Assembly (NCBI GenBank): GCA_004022145.1 | Contig: RCNU01000002.1 | Length of the DNA stretch: 64,000 nt | Strand: one strand, 5' to 3' | Source of the DNA: Paecilomyces variotii | Taxonomy: Eukaryota | Shown here: positions 29,001-40,700 of the stretch, piece by piece | How positions within the stretch are numbered: the first letter of the stretch is position 1 | Layout: each line of letters begins with the position of its first letter | The notes under the pieces: generated by a model | Told to the model about the DNA's origin: nothing | Databases searched by the model: none | Seen by the model: the letters and a program-made list of their open reading frames with translations, nothing else | Program-made: the position numbers and the translations under genes

Positions 29001-30539
29001 CGAAAATCATATGGCTACCGTTCATATCCGCTAGAGCTTGCAGCGGAACAAGGTCATGCCAAGATTGTTCAACTTTTAGTTGATTGTGGAGCAGATATCA
29101 AGCTGCACAATGAACTCAGGAACAGTGCAATTGAGGCTCCTGCGCAAGACGATCACCAAGAAGTAGTCCGCACATTGCTTCGTCTTGGAGCTGGCGTGAA
29201 CGGATATGATGGGAATTCAGGCGCTGGTCTGGTCAATGCCTCAGAAAATGGCCACCAACAGATGGTCCAGATTCTGATTGACCACGGCGCTGATGTGAAT
29301 CTCCCCGGTCCCTATGGTACTGCAATCGCTGCTGCTTCTCTGAATGGCCATAAGAGCGTTGTACATCAGTTGCTGCAGAACGGAGCTGATATAAATGTAC
29401 CTGGAAGCATTGGCACTGCAATTTCGGCGGCTGCAATGGGTGGGCATGAAGATATTGTTCGAGTATTGCTCCGCCACGGTGCTAATGTCAATATCCCAGA
29501 CGACTCCGGGCGGACCGCTCTTTTACATGCCTCTGAAGCAGGACATGAAGAACTCGTGCAGTTGTTACTCGAACATGGAGCCGATGTGAACATAAGTCAT
29601 CACGGTGAAACTGCGCTCACAGCGGCTGCTTCAGGCGGACATGAGAAGATTGTACGGACGTTGCTTCTTCATGGAGCCCGCGTCAGCGTTGGAGGGGATA
29701 TTATTACCGGTACACCCATTCAGGCTGCTGCTGGGAGCGGACACATTGGAATTATCCATCTTTTGATTGATCATGGCGCTAGAGTAGATGGAGTGCATGG
29801 CAGCAGCGCACTCCGATCCGCTTCTGCAGGAGGCCAGCAAGAAGTTGTCCGAATGCTACTGTCCCACGGCGCCGACCCCAATGCAAGAAATTCTGACAGT
29901 GGCACTGCGCTCCAGTCAGCAAGTTCCAACGGACATACGGATATAGTTCGGTTGTTAATTAACAGTGGAGCAAATGTCAAAGCCGAGAATGATCTCGACC
30001 CCGAAGGCACAAGCCCCTACTATATCATCCATAATGCTCTTCATAAGGCAACATCGGGTGGCCATGGAGACATAGCCCATATTCTTATTGACCATGGAAT
30101 CGACGTCGATGCCCATAATCATCGACATGAGACTGCACTCCAGGTCGCCTGCAGTAAGGGAAACAGAAACCTCGTCGAACTCCTCATCAGCCGCGGTGCC
30201 GATGTAACCATCCAGGGTGGCAGGCAAGGAAGGCCTCTCAGTATAGCCTGCATCAAAGGCTTCCAAGAGATAACACAGATCTTGATTTCCAATGGAGCTG
30301 ATGTCAATGCACCCGACAGTGTTTACGGCACCGCTCTTATCGCCGCCTGCACTCGAGGACGCACTGATGCCATTGCTCGAATGTTGATTGAGCATGGCGC
30401 TGATGTCAATGCCCAGGGTGGCAGACACGGATGTGCTCTTAAAGCTGCGACTCATGCTCCTCAGAGCGAGGGACTTGTTCAGCTTCTCCGTGACAGTGGC
30501 GCCATCATGGTACATGGGGAAAAGGAAGTCATCACGTAA
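26054..30539 (+). CDS. Fungal NLR-like STAND protein: PNP_UDP (nucleoside phosphorylase-like) domain, NACHT NTPase, long ankyrin array; introns 27045-27144 and ~27974-28036
   Basis: YTVGWICAL, LMVGVGGG, DIRLGDVVVS, CFEMEAAG (PNP_UDP). GKPGCGKT Walker A, VVIDALDEC Walker B, ANGMFRWAACQLD. Roughly 17 TAL..A...GH..IV..LL.HGADVN repeats. Both introns restore frame. Confidence 0.93.
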
Positions 30540-31184
30540 TCTGGGAGGATGTCTTGAAGAGACATGATAAATCGCCAAAGGCGACGGCATTTGACACCCA
30601 CAGGATCTAGCATGTTGAAAGCCTCGTACTACCTACTTCGGTACAACATCTCTGAACATCCAGACTAGTTATCGCAACATCTCTCTCCTCAATTGGAAGT
30701 TTGGTCTATTGGATAATTGATACGAAAACCTTCGTTGGGACAAACTGGCTCTATATATATACATCTATCTAAAGACGTTTCAGATAACACCCTGTACAGA
30801 AGGCGCCACAATAGTCACGCCAAGTCAATAACAATATTCCTACTACTGCTTCTGCCGCTCCCACTTCAACTAAATACTCTCTATCTAGAAAGAGACCTAG
30901 AGCGGTCACCACTATCGCTCCTTTGGCGAACACAGTCCAGACAATCACGAGCACGTGATCACACGGACCGGTTCAACTTGGACGCGCCATGCAAGTACTT
31001 GCCTGCATAACGGAATCGAGGGCGCGATCAACTTCAGGAACCACCAGGAACTTAACCTAGCGAATCACGTATTACGATCCATCTTGCCCTTTTTAAGATA
31101 AGTTCTTGTATCGGCAGGGCCCAGTAATCGGTCATTTTACCCTGGCATCTGGAGAGTCGCGGTTGTTTACATACGGTGGCTCAA

Positions 31185-32264
31185 ATGCCTCCCAGGAAGC
31201 GCAAGTCTGAAGCTACGGCGGCGGTTGTAGATGAGATTCCCAAAAGGACACGGAGATCTCTTCGAGGTGCTGCGAGAGCAGAGTCGCCGAAAGGGGTCAG
31301 TTCAGTTGAGAAAGGTTTGAGATTTCCTCCGGGACGGCAAGATTTGGTTTATTCCGGGTATATTTTGCGAGGTTCGTCCCCAATGCTGATTGTAATGTCG
31401 AATTAGAAACGAAAGCTACTGCCGCTAAAAGTGGAAAAGATCTTTCTGGGGAGAAGTCTGAGGTACAGTTAGACCTGTTCCCTTCAGCAGAGTATAGCAT
31501 CTGACGATAAGTTCCAGTCATCGACGAAGCCAAAGGGTGGTAAAAAGACGGAACAGAAAGCTAATATCGACCGAGATGACGAGGGCGATAATAATCGCTC
31601 CTATTGGCTTATGAAGGCCGAACCCGAGTCACGCTTGGTGAAAGGAATAGATGTGAAATTCTCCATTGACGACCTGCAGGCTGCTGAAGAGCCAGAAGCC
31701 TGGGATGGTAGGTTAAAGCGGAACCATATTACGGCCGACTCCCTGCTAACGTTAAGCTGCTAGGGGTGCGCAACTTTGTCGGTATGTTATGCGTGTAGGT
31801 TACCACGACTGTGGCTTACAGGGAAACAGCACGGAACAACATGCGAAATATGAAGAAGGGAGACTATGCATTCTTTTACCATTCCAATTGCAAGACTCCT
31901 GGTATAGTTGGGATGATGGAGATTGTCGAGGAGCATTCTGTCGACGGTGCGCATAAGTCGAGTTGGCACTGCTTGAGGAAAGCGCTAATCGGACGATATA
32001 GAATCGGCGTTTGACCCAGCCCATCCTTACTTTGATCCGAAGTCGAGCCGCGAGAAACCGAAGTGGGATGTGGTCCATGTTGAGTTCAGACGGAAGTTCA
32101 GCCGAATGGTCAGTCTCAATGAGCTGAAAGACCATGGCAAACCTGGAGGGCCGCTGGAGAATCTTCAGATGTTGAAGCAGTCGCGCCTCAGTGTCTCTGC
32201 AGTAACTGCTGAGGAGTGGAGGTTTATCATGGACCTTGTCGAGAAAGAGGAGGCTACTAGCTGA
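31185..32264 (+). CDS. EVE-domain protein (thymocyte nuclear protein 1-like); 5 introns, one 18-nt exon
   Basis: Spliced YWLMKAEPE...KFSIDDL...WDGVRNFVARNNMRNMKKGDYAFFYHSNCKTPGIVG...SRLSVSAVTAEEWRFI. Confidence 0.92.
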
Positions 32265-32472
32265 AGACAGGAAGTAGTCGTCGTCCTATCCGAGCCAGCA
32301 TATAGGGCAAAGGGAATAATCCAGGCTGGGTCGAGCAGATGCGGATATCTCTCCGATCCATACTCGAAATCGTTGGTGGTTGGAAGCCATCTTTTCCATC
32401 ATACTCGTCCGTAACCTGCATTTCTAGTGGGCGTCCAATATATAGGAAGGAACTCGTGCAACCATCCCTGTC

Positions 32473-33177
32473 TTACTCCGGACGCAGAGCATAGAACATG
32501 ACGGGGAAGAGACCGAGGCTTTTCGGAAAGCCCAACTGCTCTTCTGTCTTTATCAAGAAGAGTCCAGCTTCCTTGAACAGATGTTTGAATTTGTCATCTG
32601 TTCGCGTCACGCTACTGTCCACCTCGTCGTAGATATCCTCACCATCTGCGTCGGTAGACACGTTCTCCTTGATCACTATCAGACCTGATTCGGACAGGGC
32701 GTCTTTACATCTCAAGAGATATGCTACTAGCTGTGCGTCCGTCAGATGCCCCACGCACCACTGGTTCCATATCAGATCGTAAGTCTTGGTCGGCGTCCAC
32801 TGCTCGAGTCCTGTAACGTAGATGTCGCCCACCCTGCCCTGCTGTTTGAGCTGCCCATCTCGTATAACACGAGCGAAGCTGTCGACTGGTTCGACGATGT
32901 CTACCACCTCACAGGCATTGCTTAGAAACCCGTCGGTCACACGCCCGATGCCCGCACCGCAGTCCACGCCAAGGGGCAGTTTTCCGGGTTTGATGGATGG
33001 TAATACACGGCGAAGCTTTGCGAGAAAATTGGCAGATCCGCGTAAATCGATGCGGGAGATCTGCGGGAAGCCACCCAGCATACCGTTGACATTGGGGGAG
33101 ACTGAGCTCCAGTAGCGGATGGACGAGGCGTGGTCGATTTGGGCATCGGGGGCGGTAGTAGCTGCGTTATCGGCCAT
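32473..33177 (-). CDS. tae1: Alpha N-terminal protein methyltransferase 1 (NTMT1/Tae1 family)
   Basis: GMLGGF, DCGAGIGRVT, YDLIWNQWCVGHLTD, IKEN, DEVDSSVTR motifs. Confidence 0.93.
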   Translation of the reverse strand: MADNAATTAPDAQIDHASSIRYWSSVSPNVNGMLGGFPQISRIDLRGSANFLAKLRRVLPSIKPGKLPLGVDCGAGIGRVTDGFLSNACEVVDIVEPVDSFARVIRDGQLKQQGRVGDIYVTGLEQWTPTKTYDLIWNQWCVGHLTDAQLVAYLLRCKDALSESGLIVIKENVSTDADGEDIYDEVDSSVTRTDDKFKHLFKEAGLFLIKTEEQLGFPKSLGLFPVMFYALRPE

Positions 33178-33523
33178 GGTGTCTTTCCGGGACCTTGGAC
33201 CTTGGACCTTGGGGAAGATATGGGCGCCAGTGGGAAAACGAGGAGCGTCTGGAGGGCTGGGGGGGATGAGGAAATGAAATGAAATGGTCCTTTCTATTGC
33301 CTGGGAAGAGTAAGTGTATCCGACCGCGGGAGGAGAATCTCTCTCTTAGTGGGGTTCGAATCGAGAGTTTGGCTGGTGGGGGAAACGCGAAGGGGAGCCA
33401 AAAGGAACTGATCAGATCCGAACTGCTGCTTGCATCACTTGGGTAATCCGAACCGGACTAACTAACTAACTAGTTATCTGGGATTTTGCTTATCAAGATT
33501 CAGAGTTAATTCATTAGTATTTA

Positions 33524-35271
33524 ATGCCCGTCTCGCGCTCGTTCTGGCGGCTCCAGGTCTGCCCTGTTGGAGTATCCGCACTGAAGACATTCCCTACCTT
33601 CAGAGCTACAGCTTCGATTCCACGTCGTAAATTCCACGAAATGGCCGGTCTGTCTGTCCAGCTGAAGGCCCCCAATGGGCGCGAGTACACCCAGCCCATT
33701 GGTCTCTTCATCAACAACGAGTTCGTGGCGTCCAAGTCCGGAGCAAAGATCACGTCAATCAATCCTACGTTAGTAATCCGTGTGTGACCTCATAGTATAG
33801 TCGGGATCTGCTCTAACGATAAACGGACAGGGACGAATCTGAGATCACGTCCGTCTATGCTGCTGGTGCGGAGGATGTCGACCTTGCCGTCCAGGCTGCT
33901 CGCAAGGCACTCAAGGATCCGTCCTGGAAAGACTTGTCGCCGACGGACCGTGGCTATCTGATGAACAAGCTGGCCGATCTGGTTGAGAAGCACCAGGAGA
34001 CGCTGGCCACCATTGAAACCTGGGACAACGGTATGATGCCCTCCTGAGTATTGGTACTGCCATGACATAGTTACTTACGCTGTTGTTCAGGAAAGCCATA
34101 TACCGTCGCTCTGGGCGAGGATCTCCCCGAAGTCATTAGCACCCTGCGGTATTATGCCGGTTGGACAGACAAGATCTATGGCCAGACCATCAGCACAACT
34201 CCCGCAAAGTTCGCATACACCCTTCGCCAGCCCATTGGCGTTGTCGGCCAGATTATTCCCTGGAACTACCCGCTTGGAATGGCTGCTTGGAAACTGGGTC
34301 CTGCCCTCTCGTGCGGAAATACAATCGTGATGAAGGCGGCCGAGCAGACTCCCCTGAGCATCCTCTACCTGGCCACTCTGATTAAGGAAGCTGGCTTCCC
34401 TGCTGGTGTTGTCAACATCATCAACGGCCATGGAAGAGAGGCCGGTTCCGCCCTTGTGCAACACCCCAGTGTTGACAAGGTCGCTTTCACCGGTTCCACT
34501 GCCACTGGACGTGAGATCATGAAGATGGCCGCTGGAACCCTCAAGAACGTTACCCTTGAGACCGGTGGCAAATCTCCTCTGCTTGTCTTCGAGGACGCAG
34601 ACCTCGAGCAGGCCGCAAAGTGGGCACACATCGGAATTATGTCTAACCAGGGTCAGATCTGCACTGCAACCTCTCGTATCCTGGTTCATGATTCGATTTA
34701 CGATAAGTTCGTGGCTCTGTTCAAGGAGGTCGTTCTGACGACTAGCAAGGTCGGCGATCCCTTCTCGGACGAGACTTTCCAGGGCCCCCAGGTTACAAAA
34801 GCACAGTATGAGCGTGTGCTCTCATACATCGAGAGCGGAAAGTCTGAGGGTGCTACGCTCGTCACCGGCGGCGAGCCATACAAGAATGTCGGAGACGGCA
34901 AGGGTTTCTTCATTGCCCCTACCGTGTTTAGCAACGTCAAGGATAACATGCGCATCTACCGCGAGGAGATCTTTGGCCCATTCGTCGTCATTGCCAGCTT
35001 TGGAAGCGAGGAAGAAGCAGTGGCCAAGGCCAACGACAGCACCTACGGTCTTGGAGCGGCCCTGTTCACGAGGGACATCGAGCGTGCTCACAGAGTGGCT
35101 GCAGAGATTGAATCTGGCATGGTTTGGATCAACAGCAGCAACGACAGTGACTTCCGAGTTCCCTTTGGTGGCGTTAAGCAGAGCGGTATTGGACGTGAGC
35201 TCGGAGAGGCTGGCCTGGAGGCATACACACAGGTCAAGGCCATTCACGTCAACATGGGAACGAAGCTGTAA
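33524..35271 (+). CDS. NAD(P)-dependent aldehyde dehydrogenase (ALDH1/2-like); introns 33769-33830 and 34031-34090; alternative ATG at 33641
   Basis: GLFINNEFV, IIPWNYP, FTGSTATG, LETGGKSP, NQGQICTA, EEIFGP, PFGGVKQSGIGRE. Confidence 0.96.
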
Positions 35272-35588
35272 AAGTGGTGATGTTTTGGATATCTTGCATG
35301 TAACGATGTACTGAAAACTCATGATACTATATATCAGCACGAACCGCAATCCTGTGGACATTGGCCGCAGCTAGATTGCGACTTTTAATATACTGAGGGC
35401 GATTTATCAACCAAATATGTATGACCGAATAGCATATTTCCTTGGATTATATACTGCATAATTATTCTCGTTACAATAGGATCTAAGGTCATCTTCCATG
35501 ATGGACACTGAACGATAGCCTCGCGAATGTAGACCCAATTTGTTACTGGCTGTTATGATGATCTCGGGAAAACTAATAATAAGATGTT

Positions 35589-35681
35589 GGCCGGGTGGCG
35601 CAATGGTAGCGCGTTGGTTTTCGGTTCCTTAGCTAGGTAAAGCCTACCAAAGGTTTGCGGGTTCGAGTCCCGTCTCGGTCG
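35589..35681 (+). tRNA. tRNA-Arg(UCG) with a ~20-nt intron
   Basis: Acceptor GGCCGGG/CTCGGTC, D-arm GCGC-AATGGTA-GCGC, anticodon stem TTGGT/ACCAA with TT-TCG-G loop split by an intron, T-arm GCGGG-TTCGAGT-CCCGT, downstream T-run (Pol III terminator). Confidence 0.9.
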
Positions 35682-35746
35682 AGAATTATCTCTTTTTTTT
35701 CCCTTACCTTTTTTTTTATCCCTGGAGTGTTTAGAAACCTACATAG

Positions 35747-35770
35747 TGTTGTTGTTGTTGTTGTTGTTGT
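35747..35770 (+). repeat. (GTT)n microsatellite
   Basis: About 8 tandem GTT units between the tRNA genes. Confidence 0.9.
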
Positions 35771-36173
35771 GGGATAGCATCGTGAGGCTCAGTGTAGATC
35801 CGATAAGCTCGAGGATGTCGAGGAATAGGAGGGTAACGTTCGAATCCGGAGCCCAAGGTACCTAACTAGAGCTTATCCTCAAGCTCTGCCTGCGGTGCGG
35901 CATTGCTAGCGTAAGCTGCATCTGTAGTTAGATACCAGACAGACGAAGGTTTAGCCTTCTGTAACTATATCTGGCACCGGCTCGCGTGAGTTCGATCTAA
36001 TAATTAACCACTCGGCAATGAAGACCACAGTAACCACGCCTGGCGTAGTTATATCTAGCACCGTATCATATCCTTGATTCGGGAAAATCACAATATTCTA
36101 AACAACAATAATAATAAGGGGAAGAATATCATCATCGCCCGGGAAAAACAAAAGCAAAAAAAAAAATAATCCT

Positions 36174-36267
36174 CGACCGAGACGGGACTCGAACCCGCAA
36201 ACCTTTGGTAGGCTTTACCTGTCGAAAGGAACCGAAAACCAACGCGCTACCATTGCGCCACCCGGCC
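36174..36267 (-). tRNA. tRNA-Arg(UCG), second copy, with a ~21-nt intron
   Basis: Reverse complement matches the 35589-35681 gene in both exons and differs only in mid-intron. Followed by a T-run on the minus strand. Confidence 0.9.
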
Positions 36268-37220
36268 AGTTTCTATTTTTGGAATGGCGATATCGTGATA
36301 CTTATTGATACATACTTGTTAACGGACGCCAAAGAATCGGAATTACATTGAGCCTACATAGAGTACGGAGTAGAGTTAAAATCTGTGGTTAGGTAGAGAA
36401 CTAAAAACTTATTTAATTACTATTCCTTACCCTTTGTACTACTTAACTTATCTAGTGTACTGGGGCGAGCGTTGGTTTGCTAGGGGGCCACGTGAGGAGC
36501 AAGGGACGAGGCTGTATTTAAAGGAAGACGAAGGACATTCGCTTTAGGAGGACGGGCAATTCTATTCAATGAGTTCAGTTCAGTTCAGTTCCAGTATAGA
36601 ATAATAAATCAAAGGATTGGCTCGATTAAGAAGGAAAGCCCTATTGACCAAAGATAAATGTTACCTCCAACGCTGAACTTCGCATTTCCAACTGAGAAAG
36701 ACGCTTTTTGAAACGTTCATAGTTATTGTTCTCGGGATCACCAGTGTAATGTATCTCTGGGGACTATGTTCTATGTATCTGGATGCGGCTCAATATACTG
36801 AAGGCTTGTATTATGTAGGTGCAGCTTTTGAACATAAGAAAGAAGTGTCTAAGTCCGGTACGGGAGTAATTGGGCAGAATAATATTATATTGGGACGCGG
36901 TTTTCTGCATACTTTCTTGTTCTCTTCCTCGAGGGTCAGGAGCTCGTAGATCCTTAAGTTTAACGTAACGTCCAGAGCATACAGATCGTCGAGACTAGCA
37001 GACGGTATAGGATCAAACAACAAGCTGAAAGCTGATACTCGACAGCAAATATGTAGTACGCCGTTTGTGTCGGATGCTAAGGATAAAGGGAATTAGTATA
37101 CATAACTTCCCTGCATGGTTCGAGCAAGTGGGACTTACTACTTGGTCCTGAGCCACCGTTTCCTTCTGTTATTTCGATATCTATCTTGGGATCGATCCAC
37201 CGTCTCTTCCAGTATCACCC

Positions 37221-37715
37221 TCAAGACTTCTCCTCTCTCCCTGTAGTGCTGTTACTCAACGGCCAATCGAACTCAAGCACAGCCTCATTTCCCTCCAAAC
37301 CCACATCTTTGCCGAGACCAATATCAACACCAAAAACATGACGCATCCGCCACCAGAGAACCTTCCGCTGTCTATCCTTAACAAGAATAACCGGAGCCGA
37401 TCTCTCAAACTCGAGGAACCAAACCAAGACAGCTTCAATGAGCTCTGTACCACTCTCTCTAGACGGTCCATTCGGAAAAGGCGCATAGAAATGCTCACAG
37501 GCTTGAAATAGCTTCTTAAGGATCTTTTCCTTCATGGTTGATAACGCCTTGTCTCGCGAGCGTGGGTATAAATCAAGGTTCCAGAATCCCTTCTCGAGAT
37601 CGAAGTCACGGTAGAGGTGATGGATTAACCAGAATACGAGTCCGTGTTGGTGTAGGGGAAGATCAGGGTTCATTTGGTGGAATGCGATCACGGCTCGAAT
37701 GGGGAAGGGTCCCAT
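37221..37715 (-). CDS. Possible lineage-specific hypothetical protein (164 aa)
   Basis: ATG-initiated ORF with protein-like composition, preceded by a possible GTGAGA..CTGAT..CAG intron. No family recognised. Confidence 0.4.
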   Translation of the reverse strand: MGPFPIRAVIAFHQMNPDLPLHQHGLVFWLIHHLYRDFDLEKGFWNLDLYPRSRDKALSTMKEKILKKLFQACEHFYAPFPNGPSRESGTELIEAVLVWFLEFERSAPVILVKDRQRKVLWWRMRHVFGVDIGLGKDVGLEGNEAVLEFDWPLSNSTTGREEKS

Positions 37716-40700
37716 GTTTGGGGCTGCTGGTGCTGCTGTCGTATGATATCAGTTCCTGTCGTTTTAAGGATGGAGGATAGAAGTCTCACTTCAGATAGTA
37801 ATGATATGTCTACCTTTAAGGATAGGATAGACGCGCAAGGTGCTGTTGGTTTAGTGAATAATATTAAGAGGATAAGAGAAACAGAGATGACTATTACTAT
37901 GGGCTTGACTTTTCTCTGTGGGATATTTCTTTGTTGTGCTGAATGTGTTATTGTGATTATATCTGTGGTGATAAGTTACCCTACTGCTTCGTTTGCTGCC
38001 TTTCTCACCCCTACAAGTTAATGCTGTTTTACAGGACGCTTCTGGAGGAGATCCTGAGATAAATCAGCAGAATACACCAGGCAGGATACCACAACAGCTA
38101 CAGTCGGAGACAAGAAGTTTATGACAAGAAATGGAGTCACGAAGAGGAGCGCCAGCTAGGAGGGGATGTGGTCATGCATCGGGACCTGTGGCTAGTATAT
38201 TGATTTTGCTAACACATCAACCACTGAATAGTCACAAAAATATTGGGAGAATCAAACCCGGTGAAAATTACCGTGCTATGCTTGCTACATAGGATTTGTT
38301 TCTATCGCTCAGACTTCTAGTCATGTGGATGATAAGTATCGCTTGTTTATTTGAGAGTCAGGTTACTCCCCACGATATCAGAGAAGCTGCTCAATAAAAT
38401 CCTAGGATATAATAACATTAGTCGAGCCCGAAAGATACAAGAGCAAGACTTGTCGAATAGTTAGAGTTGAATTAACTATGATATCTGAATTGGATTTCCT
38501 CATCCCTCCAGCTCATCACCTGATGTATATGTACCTGAAATTGTGAAAGGTCTGGGACTACACCTTTTCAACTGAATCCTATAATACCTAGCTTTTTTTA
38601 CATAAACTAGGCGGAGATATACTTTGAGACCTCCCGCTTGAGGTACTTTCCGTCTACATAAGACTGGACCTTGGCCCTTATTATAGTTATGCTCCCAGTT
38701 CTAGAGTTTAGTAATCCAAACAGCAGTAACCAACTCTATCAATCATGCATAATCCCATATGAATATTTAATATTGTATTTCCCAGCCTAAAAGCAAGCCA
38801 TATGTGTAACTGCAGCGTTTGTAACTTTGCGTGAATATGAAGTTCACATCATTGTTCCGCACTGGACCACTGGCTCTCTAGAGACAACTAATAATGCTAG
38901 CAGAGACACTTAGAGCGGTAGACCTTGTTGAGAGGACCCCCACATACATTCTACTAGGTAGCGGTCACAGCAGAACCTAGAACAAGGGTACAAGGGTAAT
39001 ATAGCATATTCTGCACGAACAGCTGCAGTGATCTACTCTGATACAGAAGGGCGGGGCGATCTTTTTAATGGACTTTGAAGCTATGCTTCATATAGACATA
39101 TTCTCTCGGCCTTTCCTCTCTGGGGAATGACCAGGTCGGTAGTTGAACACGGAGGACGGATACACATGCAAGAGATGCGGGTAGGATGCAATCTTAATTA
39201 GACCCAGGGGAAAAAGTAGGGGAGTCCACTTAGTTTAGTATATCTGGATTCTGGCTAGTGAGAAAGAGCTATGAGGTCTCACCTTGAGGTAGGGATCTAT
39301 AGCGGCTGGTACGGAGAATTGTCTTGGCATAAGAGGTCTAATATAAGTAGGACTCTTTGCAGTTTAATTCAAAGGATTTCTTTCTAGCAACCAGTTGGGC
39401 GAATTGAGGGAGTGTGACTACGGAGTAGACTGCTGTCCCTTGCCACGGGCTGAAGCATGCCTGAGCGCTTTTGGCAATAAAATCTGCAGTGGGCTTTTTC
39501 CTCACGAGCATCCTCATGACTTGGACTGAGAGTCGGTGACATCTCCGTATTTCGACCGGCGTGCTTCTTGGAGGAACGATGGATGCCCGTCATCGGTGAG
39601 ACAGAGCCCGATCAGAGAGCTAGACTAGCCCCAAACGGTCCCCGGGGATCATCTCAAGACTCAAGGTGATCCAGTAGGGCTCACACTGAGATCCAAGTGG
39701 CACTTTCGAGAATTTCAAAGTGATGTTAGCCTTGTGAAAGCCGCGTACTCTGTACGTGCTCCGGGAACGGATGATAGTTAACGAACTATACTCTAATTTT
39801 TTATACTGTCGCGCGGTCCAAGTGTTTTCGACAGGGGCATCCATGGCGGGAAGGACAGGTACCGGGTACCCGGGAACACCGAAGCAGACGCTATGCGACA
39901 CTAAAGGCGCTCCGGGAAGTCGACGCACCTCCGCGAGCCGACCCGGCTATAGCTAGTATGGCTTAGTGATTCGATTAGCCTGATTCCTTTTTTCTCTGAT
40001 GGAGGCAGGGAAGAGGACAGGTAGCTAGGGGCCCCCGGAGCTGATCTTCCAATCTCCGTTCCCGCAAACGCTAAGTATCTCTGCAGTTGTTTGTGTCTGA
40101 GAATCAGGACTCATGATTCCATTCAGATGTATGGTATGTATATACTTCCGTATCTGGGCCAAAAGCTACCAGATCGTGCAAAACGTGGGAACACTTAGCT
40201 CTTATCAGTATCATTATTGAATTATTATGGTATTGTTCTTGGTAGCTCCACCCCTTTCGCACGGGGCAGGCCATAGTCCGCCTTGTCGAACGCTCACGGA
40301 CTCACGGAGCGATCTGCTCGGAACCGCTCGTGGTAGATAGCTGGATCAGGCAGGCAGATCGGGCTTGGAACTTGGAAGAAGTCAGTATACGGAGTCATCA
40401 CACTAGATATACCATACAGTACGGAGTAATTACTACTAGTAGTAGAGAGTTCTCCCACTGTTTCTCATGGTGGCGGCGGTAGACTAGGTAGTAGGTACCT
40501 GCCACCTCGTCTCTCTCTCTCCGAGTTTCTCTCAGCCCATCCAGAGCTCCTTGTCGCATTTCCGCCCCTGGAGAGAGTTGCAGGGTACGGACGCTTTAGT
40601 GTCGATGGCAGAGTCAGGGACAACAACGAGTCGTGACAAGCAGTGGTGAACAGATCAAATCACCGGCCAGCAGCGGAAACGAAGGCGCATCGTAGCGCCA

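Noticed and set aside
25330..30800. Starship or other giant mobile element carrying the NLR
   Set aside because: No tyrosine-recombinase captain or other cargo genes, and the flanks are housekeeping genes.
34087..35361. Long antisense and alternate-frame ORFs over ALDH (likewise over pkcA, the MFS gene, the ankyrin array and the SDR gene)
   Set aside because: Expected shadow ORFs of codon-biased genes; no independent motifs.
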